Shown here: positions 13,201 through 27,181 of the stretch, piece after piece
How positions within the stretch are numbered: position 1 is the stretch's first letter
Layout of the letters: every line of letters starts with the position of its first letter
From: Gnetum montanum
Lineage: Eukaryota; Plantae; Gnetophyta
Assembly (NCBI GenBank): GCA_015680685.1
Contig: MNCI01001539.1
Coordinates: forward strand, 642,387 to 706,386
Reading direction: 5' to 3'
DNA length: 64,000 nt
Position numbers and translations under genes: made by a program
Notes under the pieces: model-generated
Seen by the model: the letters and a program-made list of their open reading frames with translations, nothing else
What the model was told of the DNA's origin: nothing
The model's database searches: none

Positions 13201-14120
13201 GTACACTAAAAATTTCTCAACCTATCATAGAGTATTTTAGTTACATGGATGTCCAAATTCAATCACCTTTAATAGAGATCATAATTTGTCTCTTTGAATT
13301 CTAGAAAAACTTCTTAAAGGAACTTTCAACCTAATTAAAATTTAGCATGACATACTACCCAAAAATAGATGGTCAAATAAAATATATCAATTGAATACTA
13401 GAAGAAATTCTATGGGGCTATGTCAGAAGTAGACCAAAAACATGGAAGAATTATTTGCATCTAGCCAAATTTTCCTATAATAATAATTATTAGGGATCCA
13501 TACATCAAATACCATTTGAAGTTAAATATGGATGAAATTACCATACATCACTAACTTATGCAGACCCAACTTTAAGAGCAGAGTGGAAGGAAGAAGAAAT
13601 GAAAATTATGGAAAATATCATTAAAAGAGTTAAATAGAATTTGCAAGCAACCATGGATAAGTACAAGGAATATGCAGATAAACATTGCCATACGAAAAAA
13701 TTTCAAATTAGGAACCATGTATTGGTGAAAGTAAAACTCACTAGCAGTTCCCTTAAGTTAGGAAAATATACTAAGTTAGCTCCAAGATATTATGAATCTT
13801 TTGAAGTTTCAGAAATAATTGTTGAAGTATAATACTAATTAAATGTTCTAGCAAATTTAAAGATTCATCCTATTTTCCATGTGAGTTTACTCAAGAAGTT
13901 CCATTAGAATGATGTACCTTATGTGCTAGATTAGAATACCTTACCCCTGAGATCCAACACTATCTTTGAGGTCAAACTAATCATAATTAAGAATCACAAT
14001 ACAAATAATCTTCTTAATAATATCATTTGTTAAGCACTCATCCAATAGTCAAACTATGATCAAAAAATTTGGAAAGAGAGGAAGTTTATTCTCAACACCT
14101 ACCCTCAACTTTTTGATCAT
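10300..14120 (+). mobile_element. Heavily decayed chromovirus gag-pol (gag, zinc knuckle, PR, RT, RH, partial INT, GPY/F, chromodomain-like end)
   Basis: CFTYGEDHFKWDYP (~10888); LIDSEVSDNFIS (11120); VKKKDGTLRLCIDY (~11790); IFMDDILVYS (~12110); THDLELLENVHAL (~12660); KLAPRYYESF..IHPIFHVSLLKK (13770-13900). Confidence 0.88.
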
Positions 14121-14300
14121 CATGATATTGACTAATAAGTTATATTTATTATTAGGTGATAATAATAAATTAATTCATAATTTTTGTATGTGCAAATGAT
14201 AATAAAGATGATAATGGAGCTGAAAATGAGGAGCATAGTGAGGAAGTAATTACTAAACAACTAGACATAGAGGAAGTTCTCAAGGATGAGCTAGATTCTT

Positions 14301-14807
14301 GAGGGTATAGATTGTGATGTCCTATCCCTTGTTAAGGATAGAATTGTATTATTGATCATGTAATTAGCCTTTGAAAGAAGGGGTGCCTCATCATGAGTTG
14401 TAACTATTCACAATACCCCTCATAGAAGGGCTTGTCCTTGACATTTAAGATCAGGTTTAGAGGATGAATCAACATTGAGTTGTGCAGCCAAATGGGCAAG
14501 TGGCAGGAGCTAGGTAAAATGGAACAACAAGAGACTGATCACCTCTTTAGTCTAATGGCCTAACTATTTTGGTAGTGCTAGATTGCCTCTAATATCCCAA
14601 GTGTCATAGGAAGATAACCTAGGATCATTAACAATGTACCAACCATTCGATTAATAAAGTTTTCCATTGTTTATTTCTTTTTAATTTAGCATTTTCTTCA
14701 TCATTATTTGCTAAGTTAAACATGTAATTGAGTTAATTTGATGAGATATAATGATTTTATGCAATGAATGATCATATTTCATTACTATCTAGGAATGGGA
14801 TGTCAGA
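14301..14807 (+). repeat. Putative PPT (14301-14312) and 3' LTR of the decayed chromovirus
   Basis: GAGGGTATAGAT followed by TGTGATGTCC...GGATGTCAGA (imperfect terminal inverted repeat); no matching 5' LTR was recognised. Confidence 0.4.
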
Positions 14808-17800
14808 ATAAGTACTCTCCATTTTCCAATAGGTACAAAGGTTAGAGAATGATAGTCAAATCATGGCCTCATTGTAAGATAAGAACCTTCATACAAAGAC
14901 TACCAAAGAAATTGACAAGCTGATGAAGGTCTATCTAATTGAGTAGACAACCTAAGATGTTATGGTATGTAAACTATATAAACTTATAGATCTACTAAAT
15001 GAAAATGTCATGAGGAAGGAACATGAGATGAAGAAGAAATTAAACACCCTGCACATCGAACTTTGACAAATGATCATAAATGAACTAACTCTACAAGAGA
15101 AGATAAACCTACTTGAAAACATGTACATCCTCTACCATAAAGTAGCTATCATAGTTATTGAGAGAAGACTTAATGAAGTTAAGAAGAACATGAGAGTGAA
15201 ATGAAGGGTATATCTTTATGTGTTTTAGAATTTTATAAGTCGAGTGCACATGAAGCTAGAGGAGAAACTTCATCAAGTAGTGATGAAGTTGGACAGAGTA
15301 CAACACAAGCTCTTATAAGCAAAGATGAGTCATGATTGATTCTAGGTTGATGTTAATGAATGATGTCTGGTACTCCTGTGGGAGTAGGGATTGATACACA
15401 AGCAGAATAAATAGCTCCAGAAAGTCCTAAACCTCAAGAATGGCCAACACATAGCCAAAAATAGTCATTCTTGAGAAACTACACTAGCCATGAGTAAAAC
15501 TATATTAGTTATTAGAGTTTCATAGGGGGGATTCTCAACATCAAACAAGCTTCTGATCCATACCAAAATGACCACACCAAGTTCCAAACCCTAGTTAGAG
15601 CCTCCAGCAACTCCAAAACCTACTGAAAGATGCTAAAACCCATGCGTCTTCAATAACTATGTAGAGGAACCATAAAAATACACTAGCCAGCATAGTTTCC
15701 TAAAGCTTGAACATCATAAGAATTGATTGAGTCTTTCAAAGCCTTCAGAGTAACACATCCTACCCTTTATATATCTCGAGAATCATCAGTAATCTTGGAA
15801 TGTCAATAATGGGGCAAAAAGAAGTAAAAACTGACATCAACCTCAAAACTATGTTGGGGAAGTATAAAACTACATTGGTTAGTCTAAAATTAAAAAATGT
15901 GCAATCACCTTATCAGATCAACCTCTAAATGCATCAACTTAATCCCAGAAACCTATTAAAGCCTCCAAAGACTACCAAACCCTTGAAACTAAGTAAAAAA
16001 TGGTCAAAATGGATCATTGTTTCAAGAAACTATGTTGATACCTCCAAAAACTATGTGGGCTAATCTAGTTTTAAGGAGGATGGCCATATTAAGACTCAAT
16101 TGACTTCCAAAACCAAATATTTTAAGTCTAAACCATGACCATGGACACTAGTAAACCCAGAAGCATAAAAACTTGGCTGATTGACTTTCTAAACTACTTA
16201 GAACTCAAGATTCCTTTAAAACTATGCTAAGGGAGATTAACACTATGCTATCTAGTGTAGTTTTGGCTTCCAAGGTAGCTTTAATCATCCAAGCACACAT
16301 TGAATGGCTTGAAATTTAACTAGGAAGGCATGGAGAAGTTGGGAATCTTGAATCTTAAAACCATATGTCATCTAACCTTGATTCAAGCATGAAAATCATA
16401 GTTTATATCAAAAATACATGGGGGCCTTCCAAAACTATGCTAGCCACTATCAAGGCTTCAATAGCCTATGGAATCAGCAGTCCTGAGCTTAGACCGTAAC
16501 TATTGATACTAATGATCCAAGGAGGCCAATAACTTAGATGATTGACCTCCTGAACTATCCAAAAGTCATGTTTTCAATAAAAATATGCTGGAGGAGACTA
16601 CAACTATGTTTGCTACTGTGTTTTTGATTTCATGAGTAGATTGAACTATCCCATAATACTTCAGATTGCTTGAAACTTGACTAAGAAGCCTAGAATCTTA
16701 AAACCCTAGAACTAGCTATTATTTTACATTGGTTTGATCCTGAAAAGATTAAGCTTTATCAAAATAATCTAGGGCCATCCAAAACTACACTATTCAACAT
16801 AGTTTTTGGGTTCAAGGCCTTAAGCTTTACATTTAGTACCTAATTTTGGCCTTTGCATGACTAATTTGCAGGCCTAGTTCCCCTGTGCTACCCCAAAGGT
16901 TGCTAGAGCAAAAATTCCAAGACTGAGATATCAAAAATCAAGTTTTCATATAAAACTATGGTAGGGCCAAATAAAACTATGCTATACAATGTAGTTTTCA
17001 ACTTCTAGTGGCATTGGGTACCTTTAAAAGATCAAACCAATGTCAAAATTGATCAATCTCCACTGCTAGTCCACTACTATCAACTAGACCATCAAAAACC
17101 TAAAACTTGCTCCAACACATTCTAGAATTTACATTTCATTACAAAGTATATAGAGGCTTACCAAAACTATGTTGGCCAATGTAGTTTTGATGGATGCCAA
17201 CATAGTTTTCAAAAAGAGTCTCATTTTTGCCTTAAAATAACCTTAAAATGATCTTCCCAAGTGTCCAAACTTCTCCATCAACCTTGTAACCTCTCACAAT
17301 GTCCTGTTAAGGCCAAAAACTAGCAAAATGTGATACTACTTAACCAATATTGATCATGCTTTACCCCATGGTTTTCACCTTGATAAGTTTGGCCTTGTTC
17401 TATTTTCTTCACTTGTTTTGACCTTGTTGTACATTTTTGACCTATATTGTTAGATCATATGATGTCATTTGGCTTTATTTTCATCATTTTAGCATCATTT
17501 GGCCTTGATTTCATCAAATTTTTCTATCATTTGACCTTAGTTAACTTAGTTTGACATTAGTTAATCTCACTAGACATGAACATGACCTTGTTTGACCATC
17601 CAAAACATCATTTGATGGAGTTTGACTATCATTTGGGCTTCATTTGGCCTCGTTTGGCTATCATTTGGCTTTATTCCATGTTATTTAGTGTTATTTTACG
17701 TTATTTACTTTGCCTTATCTTTTGTAGCCCTTGTAGACCATGTTTTGACCTTATTCAACATAATTTGATGGGCCTTGGCCATCATTAGGCCATCATTTGG

Positions 17801-18206
17801 TCTCATTTTCCCATCATTTGGACTTTGTATTATTTTATTTCATGCTATTTTACCTTCAGTGTATGTTATCTATCTTAACACTCATGGCCTTCATTTATCA
17901 TGCTTTAATGTTGATTGCAATCATTGAATAAAGTTTTGTCATCATTTACCCTCCATTTGATTCCATTATACCATCATTTGTCCTTCATTCAACCTTGCTT
18001 CATACTATTTAGCATTTGTTTCACCTTATGTTTCTTCACCTACCTTTTATAACCTTTATTGGCCTTGTTTGAACCTTTGTTAACCATTTATGTAACATGT
18101 TTTGGCTTATTCATGCATTATTACTAAACTACTTTATATTGTTTTGCCATTATTTGCTCATTTTATCATACAAGTGCTACTTAATGTGCTTATGGTTGAT
18201 ATGTAG

Positions 18207-21200
18207 GATTGGAGTACCGATACCTAGGAGCATTTTAGTCTCCCTTTGAGTATAAATAGATCTTATGCTAATTTTGAATGATTCATTGACCTTAATTACT
18301 TAGATCTAGAGCCTGAGTGCCACATCGACCACATAGCCTTGATAGAGACACCTCTTAAGTGGCCAAAAAACCTAGTTAAAATTCTTGACCTTGAGGCTAG
18401 AGACATTGTCAAAGACTCTCTAGTACAACACATGGTGGTGAAGAGAAAAAATTGAAACTAAGTTCCTTACTATGACCTCAACAGGCTAAAGACATCACCG
18501 AGATCCTCTAAGACAACATTAACATCTTTGCCTAGTCATATGAAGATATGCCAAGTCCTGACCCACATCTAGAGAAATATAACATCATACTTGATCCTAG
18601 TATCAAGCTAGTTAAGAAAAAAATTTACAAGATTTGAATAAATTTAGCCCTAGAAACTCATGATGAAATAACAAAACTGTATCAAGTCATTTTCATTCAA
18701 TTTGTTGATTACATAGATTGGGTGTCCAACATAGTGGTAGTACCTAAGAAAAATGGAAGTATATATATCTATATTAATTTCAACAACCTGAATAATGTAA
18801 CTACCAAAGATGACTTCTTCTTACCTAGTATTGACCAACTTATTCATACTATAGCTAGACATTCCTTGTTGTCCTTAATGGATGGGTTCTTAGGATACAA
18901 CCAAGTTAGGATTAATCGAGAACATCAACTCTGCACAACCTTTATGATTCCTTGTGAAACGTTTTGCTATACCATGATTCCCTTTAGTCTATTAATGAAA
19001 TGTAGGTGCAACTTATTAATGAAATGATCATGCTCATGACCTTGACCTTATGCTAAAATTATGTCTCAAATATGAGCTTAGGCTTAACCCCAAGAAGTAT
19101 GTCTTTGGTGTCAAAATTGGTTAGATGCGTAGCTTTGTAGTATCGAAAGTGGGGATATGTATCGATCCTAATAAAGTTAAATCCATATCCAACTTGGTAG
19201 TACTTACTAACTTGAAGGAGCTTCAAGGATTGCAAGGTAGACTACAATTTATCTGTAGGTTCATCATCAAGCTTATAGATAAACTACAACCCATGCAACA
19301 CTTGCTTAAAAAAGGAGTTCACTATGAGTGGATAGCTCAATGCCAACAAGCCTTTGTAAATCTCAAGCAAGAGTTATCACAACTACCCATGGTCTATCCA
19401 CCACAAAAGGATCAACCTTTTTACATCTACCTTGATATCTCTAACACCTACATTACTTGTCTATTTTGTCAGAAGCAAGATGGTGGAGCAGAGCTACTAG
19501 TATACCACCTAAGCCATGCATTAATTTCCTATGATACCTAATACACCAAAATGAAGAAGTATTGTCTAGCCTTGGTCTTCTCATTAAAGAAGTGGAGATA
19601 CTTCCTCTTTAGAAGCCAAGTCAATGTCATTTTCAAGAACAATGCACATAGAATTATAATGACGAATATCTATGAAAGTAGCTATATAGCCAATTGGAAA
19701 GGCATAAATACTAAGTTTGACCTCCATAATGTATCTCAAGCCTCAATCAAAGGCCAGGCTATAGTTGCAAAACTTACCATTTCCCTAGTGAAAGATCATG
19801 TAGCCATTGACCCTGAATTCCCTGATGAACATGTTAACATTGTTAGCAAAGTATCCAATGACTATGAGGAAATCATGCAGTTTAATGGAGCTTCAACTAT
19901 CCTTGGGGCCAGCATTGCTACCATTATAAGATCACCTTCTAGTGTAATCCAACCCTTCACTTATCTTTTTTAGTTCCCATGTACCAACAATGTGATGCAG
20001 TATGAAGGATTGATCAGGAAAACTATGGTAGCTTCTAATCAAGGTATCAAATGCCTAATGATAAAAGGTGATTCAAAACTCCTGGTTAATCAAGTAACAG
20101 AGGTTTATGCATGTAAAGAAAAACATTTGCAACCTTATTGTTACCTAGGTAAGAAACTAATATAACAATTTACAAATGTTGGTATCCAACATATACCCTA
20201 AACTAAGAACCGATTAGCCAATGTCATTACTACCTTAGTCTTAAGTATGACACCTGATGTGTTTAGCAAGTTACTCTCTTTAACCATGGACTATGCTATT
20301 CCCATTACATAGAACACTAAATATAACACTATAACATCTATTAAAATTACTTCTCAAAAGGAGTGGTATGATGATATTATGTTTTATCTTAGGTATGGTG
20401 AATCCCCATAGGGCCTGAATGCTTCTCAAAAGGATGTTGTACATAAAAGATCAAAATATTATGTCATTATAGGTGATAACACACTATGTCAGTGGTCCTA
20501 TAATGGCATATTGTTAGTTTTCTTGGGTAAAACTAAAGCTCTCATAGTCCTTAAGCAAGTTTATGAGGGTGTATGTGGGAAACATATAGAACCTAAAGCC
20601 ATGACCACAAAGGTTAGATGATTAGGCTATTATTGGCCCTATATGGATACTAACTACCTACAAAAAGTTAAATATTGTGACACCTGATACATTTACCACC
20701 AACTGAGTTACATACTACATAGATAACATGGTCATTTCAATGGTGGAGACTTGACATTATTGGATCTATAATGTCTAAGTCTTCTGTGGGGCATATCTTT
20801 ATCATCATTGTAATCAGATACTTTACAAAGTGGTTTGAAGTCATTCCCCTAAGAAAAACAACATCTCAATAAGTCTATAGATTCATACTGAATAACATAG
20901 TAGCCCATTTTGGCATATCTTTGACCATAGTCATAAATAATGGACCAAAATTTAGTAGCCAAGAAATGCAAGCCTTTTGTCAAGACCTAAGCATCAAGCA
21001 TTTCTTTTCATCACCATACTACCCTGAAGGTAATGGACAAGCTGAAGCTTGCAACAAGGCCATCATAAACTTTCTTAAAAAGATGCTAAATAATAGCATA
21101 TGTAAGTGGCATGAGCAACTTGTTCAAGCATTTTAGGCCTATTTAACTACCTATTGAACCATAATTGATGTAATTGCATCTAGCCTAGTTTATGGATCTA

Positions 21201-21767
21201 GAGCTATTTCACCTCTTGAATTACAAGTTTCATCACTCAAAGTGGCTCTACTTTCTTAAAAAGATGCTAAATAATAGCAGATGTAAGTGGCATGAGCAGC
21301 TTGTTCAAGCATTTTAGGCCTATTGAACTACCTATTGAACCATAATTGGTGTAACCTCATCTAGCCTAGTTTATGGATCTAGAGCTATTTCACCTCTTGA
21401 ATTACAAGTTTCATCACTCAGAGTGGCTCTATTAGACTTCATCAATGACAAGTAGAACAAGGAGCTACATATCCTTGACCTAGTTGTTGTGGAAGAGCAA
21501 TGGATATAAATTCTTTCTCACATCAAATAATACAAAGAGAGGAAAAAGCCATAGCATCACAATGACTTGAACAAATGAAAGATCAATGAATAAGACCTGG
21601 TCCTTAAGGCCATTTGTGAGCATGTAGAAAAGTTCTCAACCAACTTGAAGGGGCCTTTCTTGGTCATCAAGGCCTATGGAAATGGAGCCTTCAAAGTGGT
21701 AGACATAAATGGGAATGAATTAGTCAATTTAGTCAAAAATTCCTATCTAAAGCCTTATTGCATCTAA
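18207..21767 (+). pseudogene. pol: Tat/Ogre pol: RT, RNase H, additional (archaeal-type) RNase H, integrase
   Basis: WVSNIVVVPKKNGS..DDFFLPSIDQL..MDGFLGYNQV; KYCLALVFSLKKWRYFL; IKGQAI; MQFNGAS..CTNNVMQYEGLI..KGDSKLLVNQV (aRH); SSPYYPEGNGQAEACNK. Confidence 0.93.
21070..21431 (+). repeat. 181-bp tandem duplication inside integrase
   Basis: 21070-21250 and 21251-21431 are near-identical (CTTTCTTAAAAAGATG...AGTGGCTCTA). Confidence 0.97.
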
Positions 21768-22208
21768 CATAATCTTCTTTGTAAGTACAAATTAATTATT
21801 AACATCAACGACCCTTACAACTAATAACAAGCAAGCTTGCACATTCTCTATCTATCTTTCTATCTCTCTATTTAGCAAAATAAATGAAGTGTAAAACATT
21901 ATAAATCTCATGCACATCACATAGATCTTTATATGCTATAACAATAGTGACCTATGGTGACCAAGTTTGCTGGTTGTCTCATGTGGCCCTATGCTTTATC
22001 TTGTAACACCATGTTTTCTTTTTCTTGTTTTCTTGTTCTCTTGGAGTTGTGCTTGTAAGGTGAAGCTTAGAAATCATTAGAAATGTGCAACTCATCATGG
22101 TAGCATGTTACTAAGTGATCTTGATGTGCAATGTTTGGTGAGCTTAACCTACTATACCAAGAGTGTTTAACTCACATTACTTTGGTTAATCCCATTTAGG
22201 CCTAATCC

Positions 22209-24047
22209 TATAACCTAATTATAAGCTTCCTTACCCTAAACAATAATGATAACCTATGCTTAGCGTTCATGCATGATGGCCATATGACCTCTTCTTCATC
22301 ATGCTCCATCAGTAAGTTCATTGGATGTAACACATCTCATTCAATAATAAAGCCAAATTAAATTTGGCCTTGGTAATGAAACCTGATAAAGGTTTCACTC
22401 CAAAAAAATTTGAAAAGAAAACTACTAAGAAGCTAAAAGGCCAATGAAGCCCAAAAGATAGATCAATGGCTTCAAACACATAAAGGGAGGACCCTAATGG
22501 CCAAAGAAACCTTGGAGTGAAGTGTTCATTCCTTAAAAAATATTACTAAGTGAACAACACTTTGAAGCATGAAGTAGATAGATTAGATTGATTAGCCAAA
22601 ACATCATTGTCATAATTGTAACCATGATGTCAACATGTGGCACTCATTTTTTACTTCTATGACCACTCCCTTCTAGTCAAATATATTCTCTACCCTATAT
22701 AACCTTATCATAACATTATATTATCATCACAAGCACTTTTTGTTATGGTTCAATAGCTACAGAATCAAGCACAGAGGAGAAATGTTAGTGAAGGACCTGC
22801 AGTGATGTTTTGCATTCTATGTTGATGTCTCTTGGGTTAATCCTCTAAACATTAATAAGGAGGAGCTAATAAACTACCACTAAGAAAATTCATGTTGCAA
22901 TTTTTTGGCATTGTAACCTTCACCATTGAACTCAAGGTTGGAATTTTATTGTAAAATATGAGGTTTGTAGTCCATGAGCTACAATCTCAAATCCTTGAAC
23001 TTTTTAGGACTAAAAAATTCATCATAAGTTGTTATAGCCTTACTTCTTAGGTGGAAAAATTTATGTCATGTCTATATTTGGGCTTGTAAAGGATGAGAAA
23101 TGCCTTGGAATTTTCCAAATTTTGGTTTTTCATGGGTTTTATGTTGCCCATGGTCAAAACTATGCTAGAACCACCTATAATTAGCATTGGAATTGTTGGG
23201 ATTCATTTTTCTAGTAAGGCTAGTGAGGATCCCACAAAGATAGTGTGGTTCCACAAGGCTAGTGTAGTTTTAGCAAGGCCAACAAGGATTCCATGAAGCT
23301 AGCAACAATTCCTCATGGTTAATGAGGATTTCATACCTACAAATTACACCAATCTATTACCAATCATGGAAGAAATTTTCAGCCCCAAATCAACAACTAT
23401 ATGACATATAAAAAAAAATTTTAAACACATTGAAAAGGTTCCATACCCTTTACAACCTAGAGCACTTGAAAACTTTGGCATTCATGAAATGTTTTGGAGC
23501 AAAGTGGCAATTGGCTAAGTGTTGGAGACTCTTAGTGTAGTAGCATTACAAAAGAGAGTCCAACACATCATTCACCACTCCCACAACTAACACTATTGGT
23601 CCAACTTGAGGACCAACAAGGAGTTTTGATAATCGAAGCTAGGATGTACTTGGATCATGAGGCTACCTACAGAACAAAACTTGTCAACTTCAACAAGCTT
23701 CAATCTTATTCTCTGTAAATTCCTATGCATTTAGGCATATAATTTGTACATATTTGGACTCTATACTTTAATATTTTCATTATTGCAATAAATTTTACAT
23801 TTCATTTATTGTGCAATTTTATTTTACAATTCATTTCTATGAATTTTCTTAGATCAGATCCACATTTTCATTTTCATTTTTATTTAAATTATGTACACCT
23901 ATTACCACTCCTCAAGTTTCTAGGTGATCAACAAGATTATCCAAGGTACCTTGGATTCTCTTTCTCAAAGGTCCTTGGGATTCAAGGTCAAACACTTTCC
24001 TTCAAGAATATTTTGTTTTCTAGTAACAAAACTTTTCCTATGCAATA
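22209..24047. repeat. LTR copy A1
   Basis: TATAACCTAATT...TGCAATA (decayed TGTAGCC...TGCAACA); homologous to 24048-25941 and to the reverse complement of 27182-29150. Confidence 0.85.
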
Positions 24048-25941
24048 GTAGCCTAATTTTAACCTTCCTTATCCTAAACAACAATGATGACCTATGTTTG
24101 GCACCCATGCATTGTGGTCATGTGAAATCTCATTCATCATTCTTTACTATCAAGTTCATTGGATGTAATACATCTCATTCAACAAGAAAAAAAAATCAAA
24201 TCTAACCTTGGTGATGAAACTCAACAAAGGTTTCATCTCACAAAAAAAAAAGAGGGGACAAAGTAGATTGCCAAGAAGCTGAAATTCCAATGAAGACTAA
24301 AACACAAACTAACGACTCTAAACAAATAAACAAAAGCACATAATGACCAAATAAAAATTAAAGTGAAATGTTGGTTCCTCAAGAACATTACCAAGTAACT
24401 AACACTTTTAACCACAAAGCATGAAGACTACATCGATTAGCTAACATGTCAATGCCATATTGTAGCCATGATGTCAACATGTGGAACTCATTTTTAATGC
24501 CTATGATGATTTCCTTATAATCAAATATTAGTTCAATAGATATGAACTATCCCATCATTTTAGCCCTATCCCATCATCACAAGCACTTTGACATGGTTCA
24601 ATAGATATGAAATCAAGCATGGAGAGGAAATATTGGTGATGGACCTACTAGTGATGTTTTGTATTCCTTGTCAATGTCCTAAAAACATCAACAAATAGGG
24701 GTCAATGAAACACCACCAAGAAAATTCATGTTGTAACATTTTGACATTGTAACCTTCAACATTAAACTTGAGTCTAAAACTTTATTGTACATGGAAGGTT
24801 TGTAGCCCATGAGATACAATCTCACATACTTGAACTTTTTGGGGCAAAAAAATATCCTATAAGTTATTGAAACCTTACTTCCCAATTGGAAAAAGTTATG
24901 TCATGTCTATATTTGGTCTTGGAAAGGCTGAAAATACCTTGGAAACTACCAAATTTTGATTTTTCATGGGTTTTATGCTTGCCATAGCCAAAACTATGCT
25001 GGAACCACCTAAACCAAGTGTTGGAATTGTTGGGCTTTCATTTTTCTAGCAAGGTTAGCATGGTTCTAGTAAGGCCAACAAGGATCTCATGAAGCAAACA
25101 TAGTTTTCCAAGGCCAGCATAGTTTTCAAAGTCTATTTACTATTTATAGCACTCAATGTAGTTTTAATGGCCTAGGTGAATCAAAGTGATCATAAGTGTA
25201 AAACTCTGTTTGAATTGAGGGCCTACTACACTTGTAAATTACACCAATCTTTCATCAATCATGGCAAAAATTTGCAGCCCCAAATTAGGAATTGTATGAC
25301 CTATAAAAACAAATTTCAAACACATTAAATAGGTTCTTCGATTCCACAACTTTTGCAACCTTTGGCGTTTTGAATCCTTTGGAATTTTGTGAGACTTTTT
25401 AGAGAAAATTAGAAATTGTCTTAGCACTGAAGACTCTCAATGCAATTCCATAGTAATAAAAACTTCAACACATCATTCACCACTTCCATAACTAGCACTA
25501 TAGATGCAACCTAAGAACCAACAAGGAGTTTTGGCAATTGAAGCTAAGAAGCACCTAGACCATAAGGCTAACCACAAAACATAAACTGCCAGTTTCAACA
25601 AGCTTCAAGTTTCATCCATGCAACTTCCTATGCATTTGGGCACATAATTTGTACTCATTTTGAACTTTATACTTTGAATATTTCATTATTACAATAAATT
25701 TTATAGTTTATTTGTTGTGCAAGTTGATTTTATGATTCATTTCTATGCATTCTCTTAAATTGAATATGCATTTTCATTTAAATTATTTACCCTCATTAAC
25801 ACTCCTCAAGTCCCTAGGTGATCAACCAAACTATCCAAGGTGCCTTGGATACTCTTTCTTAGAGGTCCTTAGGATCTAGGGTCAAATTGTTTCCATCAAT
25901 AACTTTCAATTTTTCAACAACCAAATTTTTCTTGTGCAACA
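24048..25941. repeat. LTR copy A2, directly abutting A1
   Basis: GTAGCCTAATT...TGTGCAACA; colinear with A1. Confidence 0.85.
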
Positions 25942-27181
25942 GTGCCATGTATTATCATCTTTAAATGATAACTGTAAACTCCACCATTCTCTTCTAAACT
26001 AATGCATGTAAGATAACTTCTTTTTCCTTGATTGTTACATGGATGACCTAAGAACATTACAATATTGTAAAGATTCAATCTACTGCTATCAAGAACCCTC
26101 AATATATTACTCCTCACACTCTTCACCTCCTCTACAAGATTGCAAAATTGAGAAAAATTCCTATAGTAGAACTAGACATTGTGGTGTGTTATAAGATGAA
26201 TCTTGTGATTTAATGTAAGTTCATCTTCTCTAGACATTGTAGTGCATTACATTATGATCTTTATTTCTATCATTCTATGTCTCTTGGGCTTACAACTTGA
26301 TCTTTGATGAGTAATTACAACTTGTCATTTTTGCTTGAGAAATTTGAAAGCCACATGACAAAATTTGAGAGTCATTTTCAAACATTGGCTTTTTCAAGAC
26401 ACACATATCTCCTAGGGTAAAGCCTCTTTTGGTTGTCAATATTCACTTATATTTTTTCTTTTAATTATATGTCCTTTTAAGACATAATAGTCTCATAGGG
26501 GTTTTTTTCTTAGGTGTCATTTTTTTTTGACTTCAACTTACATGCCAATTAGCATATAAATAATAATGCCACAAGAACTACAAACACTGTGACAAATTTT
26601 TTGGAAAATTATAAGAAATATCCTCTTTGATTACCTATGAAGGACATGACACAGAAGCATTTTCCACCATTATTTATCATCTATTTTCATGTCTTACAAT
26701 AGTTAATATGACTAATGAATTTAGGCTCTACAACAAGACATCAACTACTAATGTTAAGGGGAATTAGAAATATGAATAATCCCTCCAAAATAATTTGTTT
26801 GAAAAATTTAATTACACTACGTCATACATATTTGAATGAAAAATTACCTTATTGAACCTTATAAAAAATATTCTTCATCATCTAATTCATTTTTCCTCAT
26901 AAAAGTAATTGGGACTTTTATTTTAAACTCATAATTTCATCTTCATAAAATACTTCTTTTTTAAAAAAAATCATCAACCTCTAATAGCAGTTGTTAGAGT
27001 GGGTGTAGCAAAAGATGTATGGCTATTCATGGAAGATGGTGAGTGATCCTAAATTAGTCTAAGAATTCATTAAAAGATTAGGACTAGACATATTTCTAGA
27101 CAATTGCTAGAATGTTTGATTTTGGTGACTAAGAATTTCTTTTTTACTGATTGGCATTATAGCAATCTATAATGCAAGAGA

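Larger units (their letters stand above)
15400..25941. mobile_element. Tat/Ogre-type element, copy A (palindrome-rich spacer, intron-like tract, plus-strand pol, two abutting LTRs)
   Basis: Colinear, inverted homology with 27182-35760 across spacer, pol, UTR and LTR. Confidence 0.85.

Noticed and set aside
25942-27181. Host gene in the spacer between the inverted LTRs
   Set aside because: Only faint minus-strand integrase-like traces (INNGGKCF, PYE, FTLGD) are present, too decayed to call.
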